A stretch of DNA of 64,000 nt, taken from positions 32,001 to 96,000 of the IMG/VR virus record IMGVR_UViG_3300029448_000003. The stretch is one strand, 5' to 3'. Origin of the DNA: a virus. Positions 8,814 through 18,050 of the stretch are shown here, in pieces. Position numbers and translations under genes: made by a program. Under the pieces are notes generated by a model. It saw nothing but the letters and a program-made list of their open reading frames with translations, searched no databases and was not told where the DNA came from. Each line of letters opens with the position of its first letter. Position 1 is the first letter of the stretch.

Positions 8814-10835
8814 TTAAGCAACGTCTTTGGTGTCAAGCCAATTGTCACCAATCTTTGCTTCAAGTAATAATGGTACATTAAAACATACTTTAAAATGTTT
8901 GTCAACAAGTTTTTTTAATTTACCATTAATATTTTTAATGACCCCCAACACAACATTGATTTCAGTTGGATGTACATCAATAACAATACTATCATGTACT
9001 GTATTCACTATACATGATTGATATTGTTGTAATTCCCTATCCATTTCTAACAGAGTTATTGGTACAATATCTGCTGTAGCAAAACTTTGAACCGGGAAAT
9101 TCTTTATCTGCGTAAAATAACTAACTGTACCATTAGACCTACGTTCTACATTTGGAAATGAAAACTGTCTGCCTGATGGTGTTGTAATCTTACGTTCTTC
9201 TATAGCTTCTTTAGCCAATCTGGCATGCCAAAGTGCGATTCCTTTATACTTTTTCGTGAACTGTTTATAATACGTTGCTTCAGCAACTGACCTCCCAAAC
9301 CCCGTAGCTCCGTAGAGTGGTGCAAAGGTGTGGGCTTTAGCTTCTTGCCTACTAATCTTTTGACCACCCTCAGTAATAACTTTGGCAGTGTAGTTATGTA
9401 CGTCAAATCCATTATCTATCTCCTTCATTGCTGTTTCATCTTGTGCTAAATATGCAGCAGTTCTAAACTCTAACTGTGCAAAGTCTGCTTCTAATATCTT
9501 GCCACCTTCCCAACGTGAAATAAATACACGCTTTACAGGAAACGTACCACCTCTTGGCATGTTCTGCATGTTAGGGTCTGCTCCACTAAATCTACCTGTA
9601 GCTGTTCGATGTTGTAATAATCGTACATGTAGTTTATTATCTGATTTTATGTTGGTCTTTATCCCATCAACAAAAGACGATAGGTAACTATCCAATGCTG
9701 ACAACCTAATAACCTTAGATAAAAACTCATGTGCTTTGTCCATACCTTTTTGTTTAGCTACACTAGATAGAAAAGCAAGGTTGCTTTTGCTTGTGCTCCA
9801 CCCATGTGCTGAAATCCATTTAGAAGTAGGTGCAGTAAACTTCATACCTGCAATCTCCTTCGTAGGAATAAACAAGTATCCTTGAGCATTACAGCTAATA
9901 CACCTTGACTCTTTAGCAAAAGGAGAACCATCCTTTTTAATCTTTCGTATCTTACCACTACCATAACAAGTCTTACATTGTACGGCATTTGTTTTATATA
10001 AAACTGTAGAGTGTTCTCTGATGCTACGTTTGTATTCTGTATCTCCCATGTAAGGACTAAATATAATGGGCCATTCCTGCTTGTTCATAGGCTTACGACT
10101 ATAGATTAACCATGATAGTTGTTCAGGACTATTTAAATTAATAGGAGTGTCACCCATAAAATCTTTAACTTCCTTCTGTAAAAACTTTTCTATGTCCATC
10201 TTCTCTTGAGTAAATTCTTTTCTTACTATTTCAAGTGCATCATTATTTACTGCAAAACCACGTTGATATATATGTGCCAAACAGATAGCAACACGATTGG
10301 TTAGTAGTACACTACTGACAAGACCTCTTAGTTCTCTCTTCTTTAATCGTTCACATATCTTTGTGGCAAGTTCTTCGGTAGCATGTAGGTCACTCTTTAA
10401 ATATGAAACCAATTCATCATGTGGTATCTCATCTACACCTACTCCTTTCTTTAGATATTCTTTCATTGTGTCTTGCTTCTTAGTATTTAATTGGTATCGT
10501 TCAGCACATGCTTCCAATGAGAGAGGTTCTTTCTGTCCACATTGTAGTATGTATTCACCTAACATGGTATCAAATACATTGCCATCATATTTAAAACCAC
10601 ACTCCCATAACCACAATAAATCGTGAACAATATTGTGTCCAATCATACATGTAGTCTTATCAAGTATAGGTTGCAAGGCATCCCAGTTATCATACTCATC
10701 TGACATAATCATTGTGTTACCTTGCTCGTCAATACAACCAACCATAACAAGTTTATTTGTAGGTTCAAATGGGTCTAAGTGTAGCTTGTCATTGCGTTTA
10801 GTAACAGTATTCTCTACATCTAACACCAATCTCAT
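8814..10835 (-). CDS. polA: Family A DNA polymerase with 3'-5' exonuclease and DnaJ-like zinc-finger insert (HMO-2011 type)
   Basis: LDVE exo I, TATGRFS, DFAQLE, RQEAKAHTF..LYG, VHDS; insert CKTCYGSG...CISCNAQG. Confidence 0.95.
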   Translation of the reverse strand: MRLVLDVENTVTKRNDKLHLDPFEPTNKLVMVGCIDEQGNTMIMSDEYDNWDALQPILDKTTCMIGHNIVHDLLWLWECGFKYDGNVFDTMLGEYILQCGQKEPLSLEACAERYQLNTKKQDTMKEYLKKGVGVDEIPHDELVSYLKSDLHATEELATKICERLKKRELRGLVSSVLLTNRVAICLAHIYQRGFAVNNDALEIVRKEFTQEKMDIEKFLQKEVKDFMGDTPINLNSPEQLSWLIYSRKPMNKQEWPIIFSPYMGDTEYKRSIREHSTVLYKTNAVQCKTCYGSGKIRKIKKDGSPFAKESRCISCNAQGYLFIPTKEIAGMKFTAPTSKWISAHGWSTSKSNLAFLSSVAKQKGMDKAHEFLSKVIRLSALDSYLSSFVDGIKTNIKSDNKLHVRLLQHRTATGRFSGADPNMQNMPRGGTFPVKRVFISRWEGGKILEADFAQLEFRTAAYLAQDETAMKEIDNGFDVHNYTAKVITEGGQKISRQEAKAHTFAPLYGATGFGRSVAEATYYKQFTKKYKGIALWHARLAKEAIEERKITTPSGRQFSFPNVERRSNGTVSYFTQIKNFPVQSFATADIVPITLLEMDRELQQYQSCIVNTVHDSIVIDVHPTEINVVLGVIKNINGKLKKLVDKHFKVCFNVPLLLEAKIGDNWLDTKDVA

Positions 10836-12055
10836 ACAGTATACCTCGCTAGTCTATAGTCAAGTTCACAATGTACACTACCATGCCAACCTGATAATTT
10901 ATTTTTAACTATATTAAGATGTCTTTGTGCATCCTCTTCATCTTGTCCTTCTACTTGTGGGTTCTTTGCTATAAGAACCATTAGGTCTGCTTCAGCAGCC
11001 TTACCAGTTCTACTACCTTCCATCATACTCTGATTAAGTACCACCTTGCCCTCTGCTTCAGCACTTAACTGTGACATATATAATACTGCACATTCATATT
11101 GCTTTGCAATCTGTCTTGCATGTATAGCACAGGCTTTAAGTGCTTCGTCTGGTCTAGTAAACCCTTTGAACGTAGCAAACTTATCACCCATATCTAATAC
11201 AACAATATCAGGCTTAACAGATTTAACTGCTGACTCAACCCAATTCATGTCACTCATTGTGACATCTTTAATACGTATCTTGTCCTTAACCTTTTGATAG
11301 ATTGAGTGTGCTTTGGTTGGGTCTTGTTTTACTTGAGGTAAGGTAAGACCTGTTGCAGCTGTAAGGTAACGAGCAGCTACTCTGTGATAGCTTTCTTCAT
11401 TACATAATACAATACAGTTTGCACCTTGTTCTGCAAACCCACCCGGACCTGCTATCAATGATGCATGAAAAGATGTTTTACCTGTGTTAGGTCTAGCACC
11501 TATCTCTATTAGATGTCCTGCATTAATACCTTCTACTCGTCTACACAATGAGGGTATATTAAATGTCCACCTTGCTTCCAAATCATTCTTTGCAAGAAGA
11601 GTTTCAATTGTAATATCATCCCATTCAATATTCATGTTGGGAGTAAAGTCATCTGCATATTGCTCCAAGAGATTACGCAAAGGCTCAAGTGAACTCTTTG
11701 CACCATTAACATAATCAAACCCTAAGTTTGCTATGTCTTCTCCAATAACTTGTTGGAATAACTTTGACAACACTTCTTGTGCTACATCACTACCCATAGG
11801 TTTCTCTTTCTTTATTTGCATAAAGAGAGAACCATATGCATTCTTCTGTGCCGTACTCATTGAGGGATTACTTGCTATAAATAATGCTTCAACCTCATCA
11901 GGCGATACAGTACGGCTATATCTATCCATCGCCTTATCTAATGTTTGTTTTATCTTTTGTACATCCTTACTAAATAATCTGTTAGGACATCTTGAACCTC
12001 TATGCTCATCATAGAATGATTTGTCCATAAGACTTCTTACTAATGATAGTTCCAT
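10832..12055 (-). CDS. Replicative SF4 (DnaB/T7 gp4-like) helicase
   Basis: Walker A GARPNTGKT, VVLD, SQLS, KNK...G. Confidence 0.9.
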   Translation of the reverse strand: MELSLVRSLMDKSFYDEHRGSRCPNRLFSKDVQKIKQTLDKAMDRYSRTVSPDEVEALFIASNPSMSTAQKNAYGSLFMQIKKEKPMGSDVAQEVLSKLFQQVIGEDIANLGFDYVNGAKSSLEPLRNLLEQYADDFTPNMNIEWDDITIETLLAKNDLEARWTFNIPSLCRRVEGINAGHLIEIGARPNTGKTSFHASLIAGPGGFAEQGANCIVLCNEESYHRVAARYLTAATGLTLPQVKQDPTKAHSIYQKVKDKIRIKDVTMSDMNWVESAVKSVKPDIVVLDMGDKFATFKGFTRPDEALKACAIHARQIAKQYECAVLYMSQLSAEAEGKVVLNQSMMEGSRTGKAAEADLMVLIAKNPQVEGQDEEDAQRHLNIVKNKLSGWHGSVHCELDYRLARYTV

Positions 12056-12831
12056 ACCATCTCCTTTAAGTTGTTAATATCGGTTTCTTTTCTATACTTT
12101 AAGTCATCAGTTATACGCAAAACTTTTACTTTGTCAACCCATCCTCTTAATTCTTTTGCAATTTGCAAATTCTTTTTAAGAGCATCGGGGTCAAGTGCCA
12201 CGATAACTTTTTTATAATGACTTAAAAAATCTTTGTGTTCGTGTAGTAGGCTTGTACCCAATAGGGCTACACCTGCCATACCATACTCTGAAACAACACA
12301 TGCACTTATACAATCTTCTACTACAACACATGTATCATTACGTTCATTCGTTAGGGAATTGTAAACTCCTGATACAAAAGGTACTTTACTTTTACCATAA
12401 CGTTTCCATTTAGGAAGTCTGCTTCCTATGCTTCTACCAACGGCATCTATTACCATGCCCTCGTCATTAAATATTTTAAAGACTGCTCTATTTTCCCGGA
12501 CATCATGCATACAATAGTTTTCATATATATATTTATATTCATTATTATGTAACACACCATGTTTAAAATCCACAATGTATTCAGGAAAACTAAATGTCGT
12601 TCCTTCGACTTGCCTTTTATTAAATGCAGAACGTATCTGTTCTATTGACATGTTCACTTTAACTGAACCACCTACAGAACAACCAGCTTTGTAACAGTTG
12701 TACAATACTTGTCCCATATTTGTGGACACAGTAAATGTATGCTTACCACCACATGATGGACAGTCCATACGTTTTGTGCTGTCATAAGATAGCTCGTCTG
12801 CAATTTCGTTTACATATTTCTGTATATCCAT
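12040..12831 (-). CDS. DNA primase (zinc finger + TOPRIM)
   Basis: CPSC...CYKAGC; VVVED, ALLGT, ALDPDA. Confidence 0.9.
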   Translation of the reverse strand: MDIQKYVNEIADELSYDSTKRMDCPSCGGKHTFTVSTNMGQVLYNCYKAGCSVGGSVKVNMSIEQIRSAFNKRQVEGTTFSFPEYIVDFKHGVLHNNEYKYIYENYCMHDVRENRAVFKIFNDEGMVIDAVGRSIGSRLPKWKRYGKSKVPFVSGVYNSLTNERNDTCVVVEDCISACVVSEYGMAGVALLGTSLLHEHKDFLSHYKKVIVALDPDALKKNLQIAKELRGWVDKVKVLRITDDLKYRKETDINNLKEMVWNYH

Positions 12832-12852
12832 GTTTCACACCTTATCATATTT

Positions 12853-13212
12853 TTAGGAATAAAGCAAGTACCTTACTTTTAAAGTACTCCTAATTCCAGT
12901 GCATTCATTTATAATTCTACGACAAACTTTAGAAAATCTGTACTTGGAGTAGGGAATGTATGTGCCTTTATGTGGTCTTATTTGTGGTGCAATATACTCT
13001 TGGAATCCAAAGTCTTTCTTCTGTTTATCTAACAGAATCAATATGTTATTGTCCCAAGTTAAGTCAACATCACACCACTTCAATAAAAAGATTTCTTTAT
13101 ATTGTTGCCGCAATTCATAGGCAAGTTGAATTATTATTCCTATGTTCCTATATTCAAATTTACTGTATGAGTGTGACAAAAATGCAACGATTTCTTTTTT
13201 GTTCCACTTCAT
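12853..13212 (-). CDS. Degenerate tyrosine integrase remnant (open ORF, catalytic elements missing)
   Basis: W...EI.AFL...Y..F.YRNIG.II.LAYE, LKW.DVD and Q..DFGFQEY.AP resemble HMO-2011-type integrase; syntenic position before primase. Confidence 0.6.
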   Translation of the reverse strand: MKWNKKEIVAFLSHSYSKFEYRNIGIIIQLAYELRQQYKEIFLLKWCDVDLTWDNNILILLDKQKKDFGFQEYIAPQIRPHKGTYIPYSKYRFSKVCRRIINECTGIRSTLKVRYLLYS

Positions 13213-13487
13213 CTTTTTCTCCTCTTCATTGGTTTAAAGTTACCCTCTTGCCAATCAACTCTCATACTCTGCCACTTCTCATTAGTCCAATGAGGTAGCA
13301 GATTAAAGTTTGCAATAGACATTTTATGTACATCTCTGTACACATTACCTGCTTCACGTATCCAAACCCATTTACGTTTGGTTAGTACCCAAGTCTTTCT
13401 GTATCCACTACGTGGAAGTTTGCCTTGCCAATACACTTCATATAGCTCGGCATCCTGCCACCTCTTTGCCTTTGGTTTAGTCCACAT
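13209..13487 (-). CDS. Hypothetical early protein (Trp/Arg rich)
   Basis: Translationally coupled ORF. Confidence 0.7.
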   Translation of the reverse strand: MWTKPKAKRWQDAELYEVYWQGKLPRSGYRKTWVLTKRKWVWIREAGNVYRDVHKMSIANFNLLPHWTNEKWQSMRVDWQEGNFKPMKRRKR

Positions 13488-13765
13488 TAAAAATGTCCCA
13501 TGTCATTTTTCCAAGCAAGTTCGTCTGACTCTAGTACATAAGCATCATACCACTTAGACCCATGTCCATCATCACTCTTTTGTGGTACAAACTTTAGTGA
13601 GCTATGTAGATGACACAATAGTTCATCTAACATGGACACTTCTGACAGTCGTATATCATGGCATTCTGACACGTACTCTAGTGCTTCCTTCAATTTGTTG
13701 TGTAGTGTGAGGAACTTTAATCTTTGTTCCCCTGTAATTAATATATCTTCATTTACTTCTGGCAT
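13487..13765 (-). CDS. Hypothetical early protein
   Basis: Coupled ORF with AGGAG RBS. Confidence 0.7.
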   Translation of the reverse strand: MPEVNEDILITGEQRLKFLTLHNKLKEALEYVSECHDIRLSEVSMLDELLCHLHSSLKFVPQKSDDGHGSKWYDAYVLESDELAWKNDMGHF

Positions 13766-14027
13766 AATCGTACTCCTTTATGTAGTTAAATGTTATGTTT
13801 GCACTAGGATATTGTGACTGTGTAAAGTCCAGTGCATAGTTAATAGGGTCAACTTCAACACCATGTTTTTTGAGATGCTCATTTAGAAATCGCATCCTTG
13901 TAGGCTGCCCATCTACGGACATACCTACTTCATACTCAAACATTGTGCTGTCAGTAACTTCAATAGACTTTACTCTTGGTTCATTCTTACCTTTAGTAGT
14001 CCACGTTTCATAAAATTCATTTCTCAT
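13749..14027 (-). CDS. Hypothetical early protein
   Basis: Coupled ORF (TAATG overlap). Confidence 0.7.
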   Translation of the reverse strand: MRNEFYETWTTKGKNEPRVKSIEVTDSTMFEYEVGMSVDGQPTRMRFLNEHLKKHGVEVDPINYALDFTQSQYPSANITFNYIKEYDYARSK

Positions 14028-14431
14028 TATGCACTCTCCATTTCTATAAATTCTGTTAAGGGTTTTGTGTAGTCCCTTTCAAAGCCTACACCTGCGACTT
14101 TCCACTTACTGTGGTAAGAGGGTAATACATTTTTTGTATTGAACGTAAACAGTTCCACTACATCATTAACAGATGTAGACCTATGCTTACCCACTCTAAT
14201 ACCTATAATCTTTTTAGGGTCATAGTTACTCCCCCAGTATTGGCTTATCGTGTTTGTAGTTTTATAAACATCTTCAAGTATCTCATGCACTACAGACAGA
14301 TTATTAATTGTAGGATACCTAAGTGCTCGTGGCACTCTAATGGTTGCTACCCAATAGTATCGTAGGTTATTAGCTTCAGCAAACATATCAACTGCGTGAT
14401 ACACTCTTGCTTCATAAAAAATAGTTGTCAT
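14027..14431 (-). CDS. Hypothetical early protein
   Basis: GAGGAG RBS; RSTSVNDVV motif. Confidence 0.7.
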   Translation of the reverse strand: MTTIFYEARVYHAVDMFAEANNLRYYWVATIRVPRALRYPTINNLSVVHEILEDVYKTTNTISQYWGSNYDPKKIIGIRVGKHRSTSVNDVVELFTFNTKNVLPSYHSKWKVAGVGFERDYTKPLTEFIEMESA

Positions 14432-14435
14432 ATTG

Positions 14436-14588
14436 TTACTCCTCTAGTTGTTCATTGTATAAGTAAAGACCAAAATCATAGCCTTGTTTGTATGCATCAG
14501 ATAATTTACCATTTTTTCTTTTACCTTTTAGTAAACCATCTGTAACCCCATCTTTAAAATCTTGTAGGTTTATTACTGTATCATTCAT
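14436..14588 (-). CDS. Small hypothetical protein, 50 aa (not in ORF track)
   Basis: MNDTVINLQDFKDGVTDGLLKG...AYKQGYDFGLYLYNEQLEE; fills the gap, GAGGAG RBS. Confidence 0.7.
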   Translation of the reverse strand: MNDTVINLQDFKDGVTDGLLKGKRKNGKLSDAYKQGYDFGLYLYNEQLEE

Positions 14589-14802
14589 TGTTTATTAACT
14601 CCTCTGCCGTTTGTAATAAAACTTCTCTAAATGCACCATCTATTGTTGGGTTCTCTTCAGGATAGTGTTTTAAATTGTATAGGTACATATTTGTAACTCT
14701 TTCTATAAAATCAGATAATTTTAATTCATTTATGTCGTAAATATATCCATAAGGTTTGTTACTAATCATAATTAATATCCCATCTGTAAAATATGTGGTC
14801 AT
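14581..14802 (-). CDS. Hypothetical protein (start may be an internal Met)
   Basis: In-operon ORF. Confidence 0.6.
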   Translation of the reverse strand: MTTYFTDGILIMISNKPYGYIYDINELKLSDFIERVTNMYLYNLKHYPEENPTIDGAFREVLLQTAEELINNE

Positions 14803-15193
14803 CTATTCTTGCTATGTATGTCTTGGTGCTTGCCCAAGATGGTGTAACATAGTATGCATGGTAGTGTGTAGCACCCTCAACAAAGTCATCAAGGTTGCCA
14901 TGATATACTCCATGTGCCACGAGCATTGACTGCTCCCATGCATCCATATCTCTAGGTGCATCACTCTTGCCATCACAGTACCAGCTAAACTGACATCTGT
15001 TTTTAACAGGGTAGTCAGGCTTCCAACTGTAGGTAGGTCCTTGCTCCACCACTTCACATACTGTGTTAGGGTATCGCTCATCATACACTCTGTTCATCAC
15101 GACCTGTGCTACTGCTACCTGCCCTATTAAGGATTGGTTCTTAGCTTCGTGATACACATTGAGTGCTAAACATAATAATGTTTCAGCTATCAT
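14762..15193 (-). CDS. SleB-like cell wall hydrolase (Hydrolase_2)
   Basis: CLALNVYHEA, VAQVVMNRV, CQFSWYCDG, GATHYHA...P.W, HIFY. Confidence 0.9.
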   Translation of the reverse strand: MIAETLLCLALNVYHEAKNQSLIGQVAVAQVVMNRVYDERYPNTVCEVVEQGPTYSWKPDYPVKNRCQFSWYCDGKSDAPRDMDAWEQSMLVAHGVYHGNLDDFVEGATHYHAYYVTPSWASTKTYIARIDDHIFYRWDINYD

Positions 15194-15213
15194 ATTCTTC
15201 TCCTTTCGTTATG

Positions 15214-15630
15214 TTATATATAAACTCTTGGGTGTGGTTCGGATTCACTATTATGGACAAGTTCCATAACAATATTACCCATCCAACTAGGGTCTAAGTC
15301 TTTCCATCTGTTAAGATGTCTGTTATTTACTTTAAAATAATCATCTTCATATGGGTTATATCTAACCCTATTCCAACCAAAGTTTTCTATAGGTGGGTAT
15401 GAGATAAACGGAGATGCCAACATACCTACTGCAAATGCATGTACATTTTTCTTTCCTTGTTCTCGCACTCTCTTCTGTCCACCCTTTCGCACCACAAACT
15501 TTGCTTCAGACAGAACAACATGGTTGTCATGCCCAATAACTTTATTTGTTTTAGTGCTTTGAATACTCCAAAGTTTTTTGTGTAAGTTCCAGTATACACG
15601 AACTCTAAGTGTAAGATATTTCATATCCAT
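15214..15630 (-). CDS. Conserved hypothetical phage protein
   Basis: VYWNLHK..WS, RVR..GKKNVHAF, V.YNPY motifs. Confidence 0.75.
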   Translation of the reverse strand: MDMKYLTLRVRVYWNLHKKLWSIQSTKTNKVIGHDNHVVLSEAKFVVRKGGQKRVREQGKKNVHAFAVGMLASPFISYPPIENFGWNRVRYNPYEDDYFKVNNRHLNRWKDLDPSWMGNIVMELVHNSESEPHPRVYI

Positions 15631-15632
15631 AA

Positions 15633-16805
15633 TTATTTTACTCCTTCAAATATGTGGGCAATCACATCTACTGTCCACCCATTGCCTAACATCTTATAAC
15701 GTTGGGTGTTGGAGATGGTATCCCACTCTTGTTTTTTATCATTATATTTTCCAAACTGTGTGTAATTATCAGGCACAGTTTGTAGTCTTTCACACTCCAA
15801 TGGTGTTAGCTTTCTATATAATTCTTTCTGTACTACAACATTGTCCTTGTGGACAGTTGTCAAACAGTTTGACTTATCGCTATCACTTACTTCTAACTGT
15901 CGTGTAAATGGTAGTTCAAGTTGGTCATCCTTTCGTACTCCATTCTTATCAAGCCTACGATTAACAAGCCTACCAATGGCTACCTTTGGTTGTCTATGCC
16001 CACCCTGCATAGTCGTGAGTGTAGGACTCTTCCCATTAGGTGAGTATACTCGCTTGATAATGTCGTACCCCTTGATGTTGGTAGCATTACCTACTTGTAT
16101 GGGTTTCTTTACATAGGTAGGTATCTGTCCTTTGTACATAGATGCAGTAAGACAGTTAGCCTTTGGGTCATCAACAGACTTTACCATATCACCTCTACGT
16201 CTACCACACCATTCATTCTCAAGATAGTTTGGTATCTTGTGGAAAGGTAGGTTTTCAAGTATGTCACTAATAACAATGCCCTTGTCCTCTATCTGTGGTA
16301 TAGGTATCTGCTCGTACTCCTTTGATTCATTTAAGAATCCAAACCAATATAGCCTATGTCTATTCTGTGCTGATGCATCAGCAGAGTTAATCATCTGTGG
16401 TTCAAAGCCAATGAACTCTGATATAACATCTTGAGATTCTTTTTTCATGCGAACATTCTCCAAGAGAATATACTTTGGTTGTAGCATATCTCGTATACGT
16501 ATGAACTCAAAGAATAGTTTACTGCGTGGGTCATCAAAGTTTAACTGTTTGCCTGCAAAACTAAAACCTTGACATGGCGAACCACCCATAAGCAAGTCAC
16601 ACTCTATATCCCATTTACTTGCCGTACTAGAAGTAAACTTTGTAACGTCACCTAGTTGTACTGTGTTTGGATAGTTTTTCTGTGCCACTTGCATTGGATA
16701 GTTTTCTATCTCGCAAGCATAATAATTCCTATAGTCAATGCCCACTCTATTGAGTGCAATCTGACCACAAGACATACCATCAAATAAACTGACTACATCT
16801 TTCAT
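15633..16805 (-). CDS. C5 cytosine DNA methyltransferase
   Basis: SLFDG, GSPCQGFS, ENV, QNR.R, LTPLECERLQ, Y..LGNG. Confidence 0.93.
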   Translation of the reverse strand: MKDVVSLFDGMSCGQIALNRVGIDYRNYYACEIENYPMQVAQKNYPNTVQLGDVTKFTSSTASKWDIECDLLMGGSPCQGFSFAGKQLNFDDPRSKLFFEFIRIRDMLQPKYILLENVRMKKESQDVISEFIGFEPQMINSADASAQNRHRLYWFGFLNESKEYEQIPIPQIEDKGIVISDILENLPFHKIPNYLENEWCGRRRGDMVKSVDDPKANCLTASMYKGQIPTYVKKPIQVGNATNIKGYDIIKRVYSPNGKSPTLTTMQGGHRQPKVAIGRLVNRRLDKNGVRKDDQLELPFTRQLEVSDSDKSNCLTTVHKDNVVVQKELYRKLTPLECERLQTVPDNYTQFGKYNDKKQEWDTISNTQRYKMLGNGWTVDVIAHIFEGVK

Positions 16806-17369
16806 TTACTTCTCCTCTATGTAAACACGTAAGTGTGTTGACTGTTGTATGTTCTGCCCATGTGCCGTAGCACCAGTGCCTTTGTACTCGTCTTTAACAT
16901 GCTGACCTAACACCCTCATTTTGTATCTGCTTCTGTTGAAATATTTTCTTGCATCATCAACAAACCTTTGACCATCACAGTCATTAGGTATCTCGCTGAA
17001 TACATAACGTGGTGCTGTCACTTCTCTGTAAGACTTTTCCTCAAGCCTTTTGTGTAAGTCTTGATTACGTTCTTTGAGATTTTCATATACATCTATACTA
17101 ACAGAGTTGTTACAATGCTTTTTATACTGTTCAATTTCTTGGGTTAACTCAGCTACCTTACCCTCTTGTGTATCTCTTCGCACCTCTTCATTTAGTTGTG
17201 TGTTGTATTTTATAAATGCTCTGACAAAATGTACAAAGTCCATGTCCTCTAATGCATAATCCTTTTCTTGTGACTTGGATTCATAAAGAATATTATCTAA
17301 TTCTTTTATGTCTGATGGTACAAAACCATCAACTGTTTCAAGTATTTTTACTATCTGTTTTATCTTCAT
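16806..17369 (-). CDS. Hypothetical protein with central coiled coil
   Basis: 187 aa in-operon ORF. Confidence 0.75.
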   Translation of the reverse strand: MKIKQIVKILETVDGFVPSDIKELDNILYESKSQEKDYALEDMDFVHFVRAFIKYNTQLNEEVRRDTQEGKVAELTQEIEQYKKHCNNSVSIDVYENLKERNQDLHKRLEEKSYREVTAPRYVFSEIPNDCDGQRFVDDARKYFNRSRYKMRVLGQHVKDEYKGTGATAHGQNIQQSTHLRVYIEEK

Positions 17370-17524
17370 TGCATTTCTCCTATAATATTATTGTAATAAT
17401 ATGATACGTCATCATAACTTTCATCTTCAGATGCACCAGCACAATCCAAACACACTATACCCTCGTCAGTTTCGTGGCTAACCCAATCATTTTTAGTGGG
17501 TTCATTACATATAATACAATGCAT
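17366..17524 (-). CDS. Small zinc-ribbon protein
   Basis: CIIC...CLDC; start MHCIIC after GAGGAG RBS. Confidence 0.65.
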   Translation of the reverse strand: MHCIICNEPTKNDWVSHETDEGIVCLDCAGASEDESYDDVSYYYNNIIGEMQ

Positions 17525-17525
17525 A

Positions 17526-17675
17526 TTATGCACTCCTCTTTTTGTTGTTGTGTAATTGTTTAAGCAAATCATTTACAAACCATAGCTTTGTATTGTCTAC
17601 ATTTTTTCTTTGGTTACGTCTTTCCATTTGCCTTATAGTTTTATCAGCTTTCAGCTTTCTCTTCTCTTTCGACAT
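17526..17675 (-). CDS. Small basic protein, 49 aa (not in ORF track)
   Basis: MSKEKRKLKADKTIRQMERRNQRK...; fills the operon gap. Confidence 0.55.
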   Translation of the reverse strand: MSKEKRKLKADKTIRQMERRNQRKNVDNTKLWFVNDLLKQLHNNKKRSA

Positions 17676-17781
17676 CTTTCTTTTCCTTTTTTCTATTATA
17701 TTTTTTCTTGTCCTTCACAACCCTATGCTTGTACTGCTCAAGTTGCAGAGATTTAGCAATAGGGTTGCGAGGTTTTTGCAT
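17644..17781 (-). CDS. Small basic protein, ArfA-like, 45 aa (not in ORF track)
   Basis: NPIAKSL...YKHRVVKDKKKYNRK resembles the ArfA pattern N.I..LL...F.QRV.K.KK...Y.RK. Confidence 0.5.
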   Translation of the reverse strand: MQKPRNPIAKSLQLEQYKHRVVKDKKKYNRKKEKKDVEREEKAES

Positions 17782-17786
17782 GACAC

Positions 17787-18008
17787 CTAGCCTGCAAAGT
17801 GCCTTAACTTTGGGTTGGACACCTTTCTTTCAAAGGCTACAGTAAATTTCCCAAAGTGAAATTGTCTAAAGGTGTCACCTACATTGGTAGTAAACCAACC
17901 CCTAGATGTATGTTTACGTTTACGAGCAAAACCTTTTTGCCCTAATAAGTTAAAACGAAAACCTTTAGTGCCATCATTCAATGACTTTGTTGCTAAAATT
18001 AAAAACAT
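17787..18008 (-). CDS. Small basic hypothetical protein
   Basis: AAGGA RBS, 73 aa. Confidence 0.7.
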   Translation of the reverse strand: MFLILATKSLNDGTKGFRFNLLGQKGFARKRKHTSRGWFTTNVGDTFRQFHFGKFTVAFERKVSNPKLRHFAG

Positions 18009-18027
18009 AATGTTTTTCCTTTCTATA

Positions 18028-18050
18028 AGTGTCCTATATGGGACAGTTTA
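18028..18050. repeat. 23-bp palindromic repeat AGTGTCCTATATGGGACAGTTTA, copy 1
   Basis: Exact match to 19238..19260; variants at 20284..20305 (inverted) and 20860..20880. Confidence 0.95.

Noticed and set aside
6205-17540. Recurrent GAGTGCATAAT at gene junctions (about 6215, 14030, 17530)
   Set aside because: Explained by overlapping RBS, stop and start constraints; too short to call a separate element
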